A model generated the notes under the pieces. It did no database searches. It was not told the origin of the DNA and worked only from the letters and a program-made list of their open reading frames with translations. From Maribacter sp. (lineage in GTDB: Bacteria; Bacteroidota; Bacteroidia; Flavobacteriales; Flavobacteriaceae): a stretch of 64,000 nt of DNA. How positions within the stretch are numbered: position 1 is the first letter of the stretch; the number at the start of each line of letters is the position of its first letter. Positions 54,152 through 64,000 of the stretch are shown piece by piece. The position numbers were made by a program, and so were the translations under genes. The stretch is from contig NZ_JADGES010000004.1 of assembly GCF_016744255.1 (NCBI RefSeq), forward strand, positions 10,142-74,141, given 5' to 3'.

Positions 54152-55696
54152 TTACTTCATTTTTAAAAGCCAAGTTTTCATATCTACAGCTTTAGAAATA
54201 ATACTTTTTAAATCTGCGATTGCAACTCTTTCTTGCTCCATAGAATCTCTATGGCGTATGGTAACTGTATTATCTTCTTTGGTTTGGTGATCTACTGTAA
54301 TACAAAACGGAGTACCATTAGCATCTTGTCTTCTATACCTACGACCTACAGCATCTTTTTCATCATACCTTACATTAAAGTCCCATTTTAAATCCTCTAT
54401 TATTGCGTGTGCAATCTCTGGTAAACCATCTTTCTTAACCAGTGGTAATATAGCCGCTTTTGTTGGAGCTAAAACTGCTGGAAGTTTTAATACTGTTCTT
54501 GTTGTGTTATTTTCTAATTCTTCTTCTTGTAAAGAGTTAGAAAAAACGGCCAAAAACATACGATCTAAACCTATAGAGGTTTCTAACACATAAGGAACGT
54601 AGTTCTTATTTAGTTCTGGGTCGAAATATTGTAGTTTTTTACCTGAAAATTTCTCGTGACTTCCTAAATCAAAATCTGTTCTAGAATGTATTCCTTCTAA
54701 TTCCTTAAATCCAAATGGGAATCTAAATTCTATATCTGCCGCAGCATCTGCATAATGGGCTAATTTTTCATGATCATGGAAACGATAATTATCCTCTCCT
54801 AGTCCTAAAGAAAGGTGCCATTTCATTCTATTTTCTTTCCATTTTTCATACCATTCTTTTTGCGTTCCTGGCTGAATAAAGAATTGCATTTCCATTTGCT
54901 CAAACTCGCGCATTCTAAAAATAAATTGTCTTGCTACAATTTCGTTTCTAAATGCTTTACCTGTTTGTGCTATTCCAAAAGGAATTTTCATACGTCCGCT
55001 TTTCTGAACGTTTAAGAAATTTACAAAAATACCTTGTGCAGTTTCCGGACGCAAATACAAATCCATTGCGCTTTCTGCATTGGCTCCAAGCTTGGTGCCG
55101 AACATAAGATTAAACTGTTTTACGTCTGTCCAGTTTTTAGATCCAGACATAGGGCAAGCAATATCTAACTCTTCTATAAGTTTTTTAACATCAACTAAAT
55201 CTTCTTTTTCTAAAGATTGTCCTAGTCTTTTTAAAATACTTGTTGCTTGTTCTTGGTATTCAACTACTCTTTGGTTAGTTGCTAAAAATTGTTTTTTATC
55301 AAAAGAATCTCCGAAGCGCTTTTCTGCTTTTTTAACTTCTTTTTCAATTTTATTTTCAATTTTAGCAACATAATCTTCTACCAAGACATCTGCTCTATAT
55401 CTTTTCTTAGAATCTTTGTTATCTATTAAGGGATCATTAAATGCATCTACATGCCCAGAAGCCTTCCAAGTAGTAGGGTGCATAAATATAGAAGCATCTA
55501 AACCTACAATGTTATCATTTAGTTGTACCATGGCTTTCCACCAGTACTCTCTAATATTTTTTTTAAGCTCTACTCCGTTTTGTCCATAATCATAAACAGC
55601 GCTTAATCCATCATATATTTCACTAGATTGAAATACATATCCATATTCCTTAGCGTGGGAGATTACCTTTTTAAATTTGTCTTCTTGTTTTGCCAT
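54152..55696 (-). CDS. glyQS: Glycine--tRNA ligase (homodimeric class II type)
   Basis: SSEIYDG, LRPETAQG, FRNEI, EFEQME and IETS/LETSIG motifs; anticodon domain GRRYRRQD. Confidence 0.96.
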   Translation of the reverse strand: MAKQEDKFKKVISHAKEYGYVFQSSEIYDGLSAVYDYGQNGVELKKNIREYWWKAMVQLNDNIVGLDASIFMHPTTWKASGHVDAFNDPLIDNKDSKKRYRADVLVEDYVAKIENKIEKEVKKAEKRFGDSFDKKQFLATNQRVVEYQEQATSILKRLGQSLEKEDLVDVKKLIEELDIACPMSGSKNWTDVKQFNLMFGTKLGANAESAMDLYLRPETAQGIFVNFLNVQKSGRMKIPFGIAQTGKAFRNEIVARQFIFRMREFEQMEMQFFIQPGTQKEWYEKWKENRMKWHLSLGLGEDNYRFHDHEKLAHYADAAADIEFRFPFGFKELEGIHSRTDFDLGSHEKFSGKKLQYFDPELNKNYVPYVLETSIGLDRMFLAVFSNSLQEEELENNTTRTVLKLPAVLAPTKAAILPLVKKDGLPEIAHAIIEDLKWDFNVRYDEKDAVGRRYRRQDANGTPFCITVDHQTKEDNTVTIRHRDSMEQERVAIADLKSIISKAVDMKTWLLKMK

Positions 55697-55730
55697 TTGG
55701 CAAAAATAGAATTTTAAGCTAAAAGAATGT

Positions 55731-56627
55731 TTATTTTAACTGAAATTCTGCCGATGATAATAACCGTTCATCTTCAAACACATTTATTGTGTAAATTCCT
55801 GGTTGTAAAGAACCTTCTGGAATAGAAATAAAATCGCATACAGGTGTCTCTTTTCCATTAAAAATAAATTCCACTCTTTTACTATATACGTTTCCGTTTA
55901 CATTTATAGTATTTGCGTTATCTTCTATAACCTGCTTATTAGGATCTAAGAATTGAAAATAAAGCACTTTATCTTTATTCTCATCTTCTGGATTAGCAAC
56001 TATAGTTACACAACCTCTTAATTTTTCAATTATAGACGCCTTGTTTGTTTTTATAGGTTTTTCACTACGTAATCTAAAACCACTTCCTGTAGCATTCTGA
56101 AGTTTTAAATAGTTCTTGGTTTTCAGCTCGTTATTTAACTCTAATATTTTCTTGCGTTGTAAAGCCTCTGCTTCTGCTAAAGAGTTACTCTTTCCTCTTA
56201 AAATTTCGATTTGACGTCTAGATTCTTCATACTTTTCACCTATAAGCATGCTATTATATTTAAGAAAATTATTCTTTAATTTAAGACTATCGTTTTTAGA
56301 TTCTAATCTTCTTAATTCCGTTTTAAACTCTCTTAATTTTTCTACGGTAAAGTTTAATCTACCGACAGAATCTATTAATTGTTGCACCCTGTATTTAGAA
56401 TCTTGTAATTCTATTTCATTAACCTCATTGAGAGCAGAAAGTCTATCCACATCTGCTTTCATAATAGTTAAATCCTTTACTAATAGGTCTTTCTCTTGCT
56501 CTAAGTAATTAATTTGAGTTTTAGATTGCGCATAACTATAGTAAAAGGCGATAAGAATTCCTAGTACTACTGCTGCCAAAGCTGCAAGTATTACTTTATA
56601 ATTTATTTTGTTATCTTGACTGTCCAT
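55731..56627 (-). CDS. Membrane-anchored coiled-coil hypothetical protein with a C-terminal beta domain
   Basis: N-terminal TM helix, long heptad region and a beta-rich C-terminus (PGIYTINVF). Confidence 0.65.
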   Translation of the reverse strand: MDSQDNKINYKVILAALAAVVLGILIAFYYSYAQSKTQINYLEQEKDLLVKDLTIMKADVDRLSALNEVNEIELQDSKYRVQQLIDSVGRLNFTVEKLREFKTELRRLESKNDSLKLKNNFLKYNSMLIGEKYEESRRQIEILRGKSNSLAEAEALQRKKILELNNELKTKNYLKLQNATGSGFRLRSEKPIKTNKASIIEKLRGCVTIVANPEDENKDKVLYFQFLDPNKQVIEDNANTINVNGNVYSKRVEFIFNGKETPVCDFISIPEGSLQPGIYTINVFEDERLLSSAEFQLK

Positions 56628-56674
56628 CAGAACAAAGCGGTCTTTAAAGTAGGTTAATAAAAAACTAAGATTTA

Positions 56675-57376
56675 TTGTATTCTAAGCTATCAAATATACT
56701 AAATGATATCAACACACTCCTATTACCCATAGTGTGTTTTGGTTGTAATGTACGATTACATAGAGGAGAGAAACATTTGTGTACCGTTTGCCGAAACCAA
56801 ATACCACTCACCGACTTTACCTTTAACGAAGAAAACTCGATAGACCGTATTTTTTATGGACGAATTAACATAAAAAAAGGAAGTTCCTTTTTATTATTCA
56901 CAGAAATTGGAATCGTTAAAAACCTTATCCATAATTTAAAATATAAAAACCAAGAGCAAATTGGTATTTTCATTGGAGAATGGTACGGTCAAATATTAGC
57001 TGAAAATAATTTTCTAAAAGATATAGACTACATTATTCCTGTTCCTCTTCATTCTAAAAAACTTAAGAAACGAGGCTACAACCAAGTAACTAAATTTGGC
57101 GAATGTTTGGCAAAACATTTAAACACTACGTTGTTAGAGAATGTTCTAATAAAAACAGCCAATACAAAAACACAAACTAAAAAGGGGCGTCTTAGAAGAT
57201 GGCAAGAGCAAAAAAATCTTTATCATTTAACAAATCCTTTGGTGCTTACTAATAAAAAAATTCTTTTATTAGATGATGTCATTACAACAGGAGCAACAAT
57301 GGAAATTTGTGCAAAAACTTTACAAGAAGCACCAGGAGTAACAATCTATATTGCCAGTATGGCTGTAGTTTTGTAA
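56675..57376 (+). CDS. comF: ComF family protein (zinc finger + phosphoribosyltransferase fold)
   Basis: CFGC..CTVC, IIPVPLH, RGYNQ and LLLDDVITTGAT motifs. Confidence 0.88.
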   Translation: MYSKLSNILNDINTLLLPIVCFGCNVRLHRGEKHLCTVCRNQIPLTDFTFNEENSIDRIFYGRINIKKGSSFLLFTEIGIVKNLIHNLKYKNQEQIGIFIGEWYGQILAENNFLKDIDYIIPVPLHSKKLKKRGYNQVTKFGECLAKHLNTTLLENVLIKTANTKTQTKKGRLRRWQEQKNLYHLTNPLVLTNKKILLLDDVITTGATMEICAKTLQEAPGVTIYIASMAVVL

Positions 57377-57394
57377 TTTCTAATTTCATTAAAT

Positions 57395-59044
57395 ATGTTG
57401 TTTCTTTGTTGTTCATATTTTAAGGTAATGTTACAACGTATTTTAGCCTACTTCTTTTTTATCATCATAATTGCCGCATTTTATCAATGTGCTAGGAGAG
57501 GTAGCCCTACAGGAGGCCCAAAAGACATCGAAGCTCCAATATTGATTAAAGCAGAGCCTGAAAATATGAGCATCAATTTTTCAGAAAACAAAATACGTTT
57601 ATATTTTAACGAGTATATAAAACTTAAAGATGTTCAAGAACAACTTATTATTTCTCCTCCCTTAAAATATACCCCCGATTTATCTCCTCAAGGTGGCGCT
57701 AGTAAATATGTAGAAATAACTATAAAAGATACTTTAAAAGAAAACACCACTTACACCCTTAATTTTGGTGAAAGTATTGTAGACAATAATGAAGGCAATC
57801 CCAATAGTTTTTTAACTTATATATTTTCTACAGGCACTTATATAGATTCTCTAGAGATTAAAGGCGTAGTAAAAGATGCCTTTAATAAAGATGCCGATAC
57901 GTTCATTAGCGTAATGCTTTACGAAATAGATAGCGCTTACACGGATTCTACAATTTTTCAAAAACCACCTAACTACATAACCAATACGCTAGATAGCACC
58001 ATAATATTCAACCTAAAAAACCTAAAAAAAGGAAACTATGCTCTTTTCGCCCTAAAAGACGATGCGAAAAACCATGTTTTTGACCAAAATACAGACAAAA
58101 TAGGTTTTATTAAAGACACTATTTCCATACCCACAGATTCTATTTTTCTTTTAACTCTTTTTAAAGAAGTGCCAAATTTTGCTATGGCAGTACCTACTTT
58201 AAGCGCTAAAAATAAAATTACTTTTGGCTATTTTGGAGACGGGAAAAATAGTATTATAAAACCAATTTCTATCATTCCAGATTCGGTAGAGATTATGTTG
58301 CAAAAAGAACCTAAAAAGGATAGTATTAATTTTTGGTTTACACCTTTTGAGATGGACTCGCTTCTTTTTACAGTAACTAACCAGAAATACAAAACACTCG
58401 ACACTTTTAAAATAAAGAGCCGAAAAATAGCAATTGATACTCTTACATTATCAGCAAATCATAGAGGCGCTATTGATCTGAATGATTCTTTTCATCTTAC
58501 AGGAAACACCCCATTAATAGCCATGGATTCTTCTAAAATTAAAATGATTGATAAAGATTCCTTACCTATTAAATTTTCTGTTATTTTAGATACTCTTGAG
58601 AATGCCTTAGCTTTTAATTTTGAAAAAAAACCAAATCAAAGTTATCTTATTGATATTTTTCCAGGAGCAATAACAGATTTTTTTAATACCACTAACGACA
58701 CTTTAAGTATTGGGTTAAAAACAAAGAGCTTAGCAGATTATGGAAACCTGAGATTATCTGTTGTAGGTACTAATTTAGAATTTCCTCTTATTGTACAACT
58801 AACCAATGAGAAAGGAGAAGTACAAAGGGAAATTTATGCTTTAGAATCGGAGGTTTTTGAGTTTAACCACTTAAAACCCGCTAAATATATGGCTCGTGTT
58901 CTTTTTGACTCTAATTCTAATAAAAAATGGGATACCGGTAATTATTTGCTGCAAATAGAACCAGAAAAGGTTAGCTATTATCCTGTTCCTATTGAAGTAA
59001 GGGCGAATTGGGAGTTAGAACAAACGTTTACGGTTTTAGATTAA
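57395..59044 (+). CDS. Ig-like (Big_5) domain lipoprotein
   Basis: YQCARRGSPTGGPKD lipoprotein start, FNEYI, DNNEGN and KWDTG motifs; the true start is probably the ATG near 57428. Confidence 0.75.
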   Translation: MLFLCCSYFKVMLQRILAYFFFIIIIAAFYQCARRGSPTGGPKDIEAPILIKAEPENMSINFSENKIRLYFNEYIKLKDVQEQLIISPPLKYTPDLSPQGGASKYVEITIKDTLKENTTYTLNFGESIVDNNEGNPNSFLTYIFSTGTYIDSLEIKGVVKDAFNKDADTFISVMLYEIDSAYTDSTIFQKPPNYITNTLDSTIIFNLKNLKKGNYALFALKDDAKNHVFDQNTDKIGFIKDTISIPTDSIFLLTLFKEVPNFAMAVPTLSAKNKITFGYFGDGKNSIIKPISIIPDSVEIMLQKEPKKDSINFWFTPFEMDSLLFTVTNQKYKTLDTFKIKSRKIAIDTLTLSANHRGAIDLNDSFHLTGNTPLIAMDSSKIKMIDKDSLPIKFSVILDTLENALAFNFEKKPNQSYLIDIFPGAITDFFNTTNDTLSIGLKTKSLADYGNLRLSVVGTNLEFPLIVQLTNEKGEVQREIYALESEVFEFNHLKPAKYMARVLFDSNSNKKWDTGNYLLQIEPEKVSYYPVPIEVRANWELEQTFTVLD

Positions 59045-59804
59045 AAGAATCACGGTCTTCTAAAAATTTTAGTTTGCCCCTTGTCTTTTCAATATGAGTT
59101 TTACTTAAGGTTGTGTATAAAGTTTCTTCCTTATTAGAAAAAACTAACGTATTTCCTAGATAATCGTATACAGCAGAATGCCCTGGGTATTCGTAGCCAG
59201 AGTTATCCTTTCCTATACGATTTACGCCAATACAATAGGCCATATTCTCTATAGCCCTAGCCTTTAATAGACTATCCCAAGCAAAAATTCTAGGTTTAGG
59301 CCAATTTGCAACGTAAAGTAATACATCATAATTTTCTGTATTTCTAGCCCAAACCGGGAATCGCAAGTCATAACATATTAATGGGCAAATACGAAAACCT
59401 TTATAATTTACTATTAACCGTTCCGTACCAGACTCATAAACCTTGCCCTCACCTACTAAAGTAAAAGTGTGTTTTTTATTATAATACCAATACTCTCCAT
59501 TTGGACTTACAAAACATAACCTATTGTAATGTTTATTTAGCTCTGTAAAAGCTATACTACCAACGAGGGCGACATCATTTTCGTATGCAACTTTTTGCAT
59601 CCAAGCAATGGTCTTGTTCCCCTCATCAATCTCTATAGAAGATGGATTCATTGTAAAACCCGTAGTAAACATTTCTGGTAATACTACAACATCCGTACTT
59701 TCCTTTAAAGCCTCTATCTTTTTTTGAATTAAAACTCTGTTTAATTCTGGGTTTTCCCATTCCAATGAAGTCTGTATTAAAGCAATATTTAGTTCTATAT
59801 TCAT
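59028..59804 (-). CDS. Nitrilase-family amidohydrolase (omega-amidase YafV/NIT2-like)
   Basis: VLPEMFTTGF, YNKKH and ICYDLRFP (catalytic E-K-C). Confidence 0.92.
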   Translation of the reverse strand: MNIELNIALIQTSLEWENPELNRVLIQKKIEALKESTDVVVLPEMFTTGFTMNPSSIEIDEGNKTIAWMQKVAYENDVALVGSIAFTELNKHYNRLCFVSPNGEYWYYNKKHTFTLVGEGKVYESGTERLIVNYKGFRICPLICYDLRFPVWARNTENYDVLLYVANWPKPRIFAWDSLLKARAIENMAYCIGVNRIGKDNSGYEYPGHSAVYDYLGNTLVFSNKEETLYTTLSKTHIEKTRGKLKFLEDRDSFNLKP

Positions 59805-60019
59805 TTTTTTATTTAATACCCATAAGACTACATTACGTAAAATACTTCTATAATAGTACCTGATGTTCTCCAGTATAAAAATAACCCAATAAACTTAATT
59901 TTAAGAAAAAATATTTACACCCATAAAATATTCCAAATCAAAACTCATTGAAAAAGGAAATATTACGCGTAAGATAATTCTTAAAAAATACGTGTTCTCT
60001 TTGCAAATAATTACTAAAT

Positions 60020-61855
60020 TTGAGTATGGCCACTTCTACAACAGCAGAAAGGACATTAAACCAGCTTTTAATTAAAGATGTGCCAATCCCTATCGCAACT
60101 TTAGATAAAAAATTAAGGTTTCTTACATATTCCCAAAAATGGGTTTCTATGCATGGCTTAAAAAAAGGATTTAATGGATTACCTTTTTTTACAGTAATGA
60201 ATAATTTACCAAAAGAATTTCTTCCAATTTTAGAAAATTGTTTACAAGGAAACTCCTATTCTAGTAAAGGAAAAAAATTCCTTTCTAAGAATGGAGAATA
60301 TATTTCATTAAAATGGAATATTAACCCCTGGACTATAGCCAATGGCGATATTGGAGGATTAATTATTGTTTTAGAAAATGTTACCTCTTCCAAGAACAAA
60401 GAAGAATCATTAAAAGAAGCACAATTATTATCTAGAATAGGTAGTTGGGAAGTAAACTTGCAAGATTTTAAAGTTTCTTGGACAAAAATGGTAAATATTA
60501 TACATGAACAACCTCATGATTATGTACCCCAAACCTACGAAGAATGTTTTAATCATTTTAAAGAAGGAAAACATAGAGACAAACTATACGAATTATCTAA
60601 TCTAGCAATAACCAAAGGAATTCCATGGGATACCGAAGTTAAAATGATTACTGGAAAAGGTAACGAGTTATGGGTTAGAACTAAGGGGCAAGCAGTATTT
60701 GTAAATGGAAAATGCGTTCGGCTTTTTGGTGTTTGCCAAGATGTTAACGACCGTAAAATAGCGGAATTAAAGTATAGCGAACAAGCAGAAAGAACCCAAA
60801 GAGCAACTGCCGCGTCTAATGTTGGTATATGGGAATTTTATACTAAGGATAAATTTACCATCTGGGATGAAATGTGTTTTAAAATTCACCATGTTGATCC
60901 CAAACACACAACTGCCTATGAAGGCTGGGCTTCTTCTATTCATCCAGAAGATTTTAGTAGAGTATTAGAGGAAGCTTATTGGCTAAGTAAAGGAAAAGGT
61001 AATGGAATAATCGAATATAGAATACTACTAACAGATGGCTCCATTAGACATTTAAAAGCCGTAGCAACTTTCGTTACCAACAAAGAAAAGGGTAACAACC
61101 AAGCTATCGGTGTAATTACAGATGTAACCAAAGAAAAAGAATCTGCCAAAAGACTTAGAGAATTCTCTGAAATTACCCGCGAACAAAATAATAGTTTAAG
61201 AAACTTTTCGCATATGGTTTCACATGATTTACGCTCACACGCAACTAATTTATCCATGGTAACTGGGTTTTTATTAGATGAGAAGGATGAAAATGAAAAG
61301 TATAAATTAATGGGCATGCTCAAAGAAGCAACGGAGAGTTTAAACAGTACTGTACATAATTTAAATGAGGTTGTACAATCTAGCTCTAACGTATATGAGC
61401 AATTAATTCCTATAGAATTAAAATCTGTGATAGAGACTGTTATAAATAATATAAATGTTCTATATAAAGAAAAAAAAGCCAGAACAATTATTAATATTCC
61501 CCCTACTGCTAAGGTTTTAGCAGTACCTGCTTATTTAGATAGTATATTATTAAATCTTTTTACTAATAGTCTAAAATATTCTGCAACCGACCGACCACCA
61601 ATCATAGAAATAAATGCCATAAAAAATGAAAAATATTTAGAGTTAACTTTCAAGGATAATGGGAAAGGCATAGACTTAAACAAGTTTGGAGGCAAAATAT
61701 TTGGTATGCACAAGACTTTTCATCGAAATAAAGATGCCCGAGGAGTAGGTTTATACATTACTAAAAACCAATTAGAAGCTATGGGCGGAAATATTTCTGT
61801 AGAAAGCAAGGTAGATTTTGGCTCTACATTTAAATTAATTTTTAAAACTCCTTAA
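60020..61855 (+). CDS. Cytoplasmic multi-PAS sensor histidine kinase
   Basis: Three PAS/PAC segments (IHPED), H-box VSHDLRSH, N-box NLFTNSLKYS and G-boxes DNGKG/GVGL; no TM helix seen. Confidence 0.93.
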   Translation: MSMATSTTAERTLNQLLIKDVPIPIATLDKKLRFLTYSQKWVSMHGLKKGFNGLPFFTVMNNLPKEFLPILENCLQGNSYSSKGKKFLSKNGEYISLKWNINPWTIANGDIGGLIIVLENVTSSKNKEESLKEAQLLSRIGSWEVNLQDFKVSWTKMVNIIHEQPHDYVPQTYEECFNHFKEGKHRDKLYELSNLAITKGIPWDTEVKMITGKGNELWVRTKGQAVFVNGKCVRLFGVCQDVNDRKIAELKYSEQAERTQRATAASNVGIWEFYTKDKFTIWDEMCFKIHHVDPKHTTAYEGWASSIHPEDFSRVLEEAYWLSKGKGNGIIEYRILLTDGSIRHLKAVATFVTNKEKGNNQAIGVITDVTKEKESAKRLREFSEITREQNNSLRNFSHMVSHDLRSHATNLSMVTGFLLDEKDENEKYKLMGMLKEATESLNSTVHNLNEVVQSSSNVYEQLIPIELKSVIETVINNINVLYKEKKARTIINIPPTAKVLAVPAYLDSILLNLFTNSLKYSATDRPPIIEINAIKNEKYLELTFKDNGKGIDLNKFGGKIFGMHKTFHRNKDARGVGLYITKNQLEAMGGNISVESKVDFGSTFKLIFKTP

Positions 61856-61866
61856 AAGAAAATCAA

Positions 61867-62262
61867 ATGGCAAAAACTAACTCTGTATGTATTATTGATG
61901 ACGATTCCATTTTTGTATATATCGCGGAACGTTTAATGAAAGAGTCTAATTTTTGTGAAAAAATCATAGTTTTTGAAAATGGAAAACAAGGGATTGAGGG
62001 TTTAATAGAAATTGATAAAAGTAAAAAAGAAATGCCCTCTATAATTTTTTTAGATTTAAGCATGCCAATAATGAGTGGTTGGGAATTTTTAGACAGTTTT
62101 GCAAATACCCCAATTTCTAATAAAGAAGACCTAAAAATTATTGTAATGAGCTCTTCTATAAACCCTAATGAAATTGAAATGATTAAGGCCTTACCAATGG
62201 TTACAGCTTATATAGTAAAGCCTATTACCCCTTCTGACCTTGAAAAAATTATTACAATGTAA
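61867..62262 (+). CDS. Stand-alone CheY-like response regulator
   Basis: IIDDD, FLDLSMP (phosphoacceptor Asp), MSSS and YIVKP motifs. Confidence 0.93.
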   Translation: MAKTNSVCIIDDDSIFVYIAERLMKESNFCEKIIVFENGKQGIEGLIEIDKSKKEMPSIIFLDLSMPIMSGWEFLDSFANTPISNKEDLKIIVMSSSINPNEIEMIKALPMVTAYIVKPITPSDLEKIITM

Positions 62263-62299
62263 TTGCTCTTTTACGGACTTTTAAATAGAATTTGACATC

Positions 62300-62659
62300 T
62301 ATAAAACCTACTTTCCTATGCCGATAGATAAAAAGCAATAGGTGTTTTGTAGGAATAAAACTACCCCAATTGTTTTATGAAATATTAATATGCCCTACAA
62401 AGATGGTTGGGAGTTTTTGGAAGAGTTTATCGACTTGCCAAAATACACTAGAAATAACACCCAATTATACATCATTAGTTCTTTCGTTAGCCCAGAAAAC
62501 ATTACTAAATCTAGAAAACATGAGGTTGTAAATGGCTATATTACAAAGCATTTAACTATGGAGAATATTCATTATATATGCTTTGCTCATCGTGAAAACA
62601 AAATTAATTATGATATCCAGGAGAATAATCGTCAGGAGCTACTTGCGGATTATGGATAG
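62300..62659 (+). pseudogene. Degenerate second CheY-like response regulator
   Basis: ...PIVL*NINMPYKDGWEFLEEF...YIISS...GYITKHL. TGA at 62378-62380 and Asn at the phospho-Asp position; the upstream part is broken by stops. The left boundary is approximate. Confidence 0.7.
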
Positions 62660-63977
62660 TACCACTACCTCCTGTATCATTTGTAATTATCCATTCGAAG
62701 AAAATATATGTAGGATTTCCTTTTAGCACATTAGATTTACGTACAGCCCGCCCGTCTTCAAACTCATGGTTGGTACCAGAACCATCTTCTCCTACTACAC
62801 CAAAAACATCGATTACAGTTCCAAAGGCATCTAAAAGAACTAAATTATCATCTCCGTTAGAATCTGCAGGGCCATTAGCACCAACTTCTAAATCTGGAAA
62901 AAAACCATAAATAGAATTAAAATCTTCTGCATGTGAAGCCAAAACTAGTGTGCTATTAGGTTCTATTATCAAACCAGACAGATCAACTTCAGAGCTCACT
63001 TCTGTATTACTATTCGTAAATCTTTGAAGCAACCAACCTTTTAATGATAAGGAAGTTTCTCCTGAATTGTATAATTCTACATATCTACCAGAGCTGTTGT
63101 TATCTGGGTCTGCTAATTCCGAAATAAAAATAGAGGTTGATGTAAATTCATCTACCATTTCTTCACAACGTTCCTCAGAAAAACTTATATCCTCTAATCT
63201 TCTAATAATTAATTGATAATTTTTAGTATCTCTAGATAGAACACCTGTAATAGAACCTCTTAAGCTTGGCATTATTTGCTCCTGAAAATCAGAATATCCA
63301 CTGTTCCGTACGAACAATTTATTACCCTCGCAATCTTCTAAAGAACGGTCTGTTTCTTCTTTTTTTTCTGCAAAGCTTAAACCTAGTATCTCTTGGGAAA
63401 ACTCTACATCGTTAATGGTAATTAACGTATTCAATAACGTGTCATTTATTTCTGGAATAGTAATCAATTTAGGCTTTAGTTCCTTTGCCTCTGTACAAGA
63501 CAAAAACAAATGTTGTTTTAAAGATAATGCAGGTAATCTTCCAACAGATACATTCCCAAATGAAGTAAAAACACCACCAATTTTATAAACCCCTCTACTC
63601 TTCCCAAAATACAACCCTTTCAATTTTATAACTATTCTAGAACCCTCAGGATAAAACAAATGAGAATCTTGAAGCTCAATTTCTATTTGTATTCCATGCT
63701 CTGGATTTTCATACTTATCCTGACAATGGAGTACACTAAAAAAATTACCCTCTTTATCTGACGATATAACAACAGCCTCTAAAATAAGATTTTCTTGAAT
63801 TTGAAACACCTGACCCACATACCTGTTTTTTAAATCTTCTATAGTAATATTTACTTCTAGACCATCCTTACATAGTTTATCTGGGACATCAAAATTTTTA
63901 TCTGCTACGCAATTACTAAGTAGCACAAAACACCCAATTAAAAAAGAATACAGTAAATCATTTTTTATATTAACCAT
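62604..63977 (-). CDS. DUF5689 (OB-fold) + lamin-tail-domain lipoprotein
   Basis: Lipobox LSNC, VISSDKEGNFF..GIQI, VRNSGYSDF and IFISELADP..YVELYN (LTD). Confidence 0.75.
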   Translation of the reverse strand: MVNIKNDLLYSFLIGCFVLLSNCVADKNFDVPDKLCKDGLEVNITIEDLKNRYVGQVFQIQENLILEAVVISSDKEGNFFSVLHCQDKYENPEHGIQIEIELQDSHLFYPEGSRIVIKLKGLYFGKSRGVYKIGGVFTSFGNVSVGRLPALSLKQHLFLSCTEAKELKPKLITIPEINDTLLNTLITINDVEFSQEILGLSFAEKKEETDRSLEDCEGNKLFVRNSGYSDFQEQIMPSLRGSITGVLSRDTKNYQLIIRRLEDISFSEERCEEMVDEFTSTSIFISELADPDNNSSGRYVELYNSGETSLSLKGWLLQRFTNSNTEVSSEVDLSGLIIEPNSTLVLASHAEDFNSIYGFFPDLEVGANGPADSNGDDNLVLLDAFGTVIDVFGVVGEDGSGTNHEFEDGRAVRKSNVLKGNPTYIFFEWIITNDTGGSGTIHNPQVAPDDYSPGYHN

Positions 63978-64000
63978 CCTCTATTCTTCATATTTAAAAA

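Overview
AT-rich chromosomal segment from a Flavobacteriaceae-type bacterium (Bacteroidota), judged from gldD/gldE, a T9SS type-B cargo protein, the split atpD-atpC operon and many TAnnTTTG -7 promoter boxes. Most of it is conserved housekeeping order: rplU-rpmA, mutY-ssb-gldE-gldD, HU-(bS22)-RNase E/G, recX, atpD-atpC, glmS, panC-panD, radA, xth, glyQS, comF. The unusual part is about 13.4-25.4 kb, a biotin cluster caught in decay. bioF and bioB are intact. bioD survives only as a truncated remnant with three stop codons, no bioA is visible in the window, and a beta-ketoacyl synthase is reduced to a fused, frameshifted scar. A TonB-dependent receptor and a divergent, non-canonical MocR-family regulator with a clear three-box operator sit directly upstream of bioB. 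My best candidate for an undescribed system is therefore a regulated desthiobiotin/biotin-vitamer salvage module; this is inference. The same interval also holds an IS4-like transposase scar and an NfeD-flotillin-AbiH cassette. Features missing from the ORF track include a 29-aa bS22-like ribosomal protein gene, the pseudogene remnants, a short ORF overlapping the TTG start of bioB, and several apparently leaderless genes. No rRNA, tRNA or CRISPR array was seen. Family assignments come from motifs recognised by eye, not from database searches.
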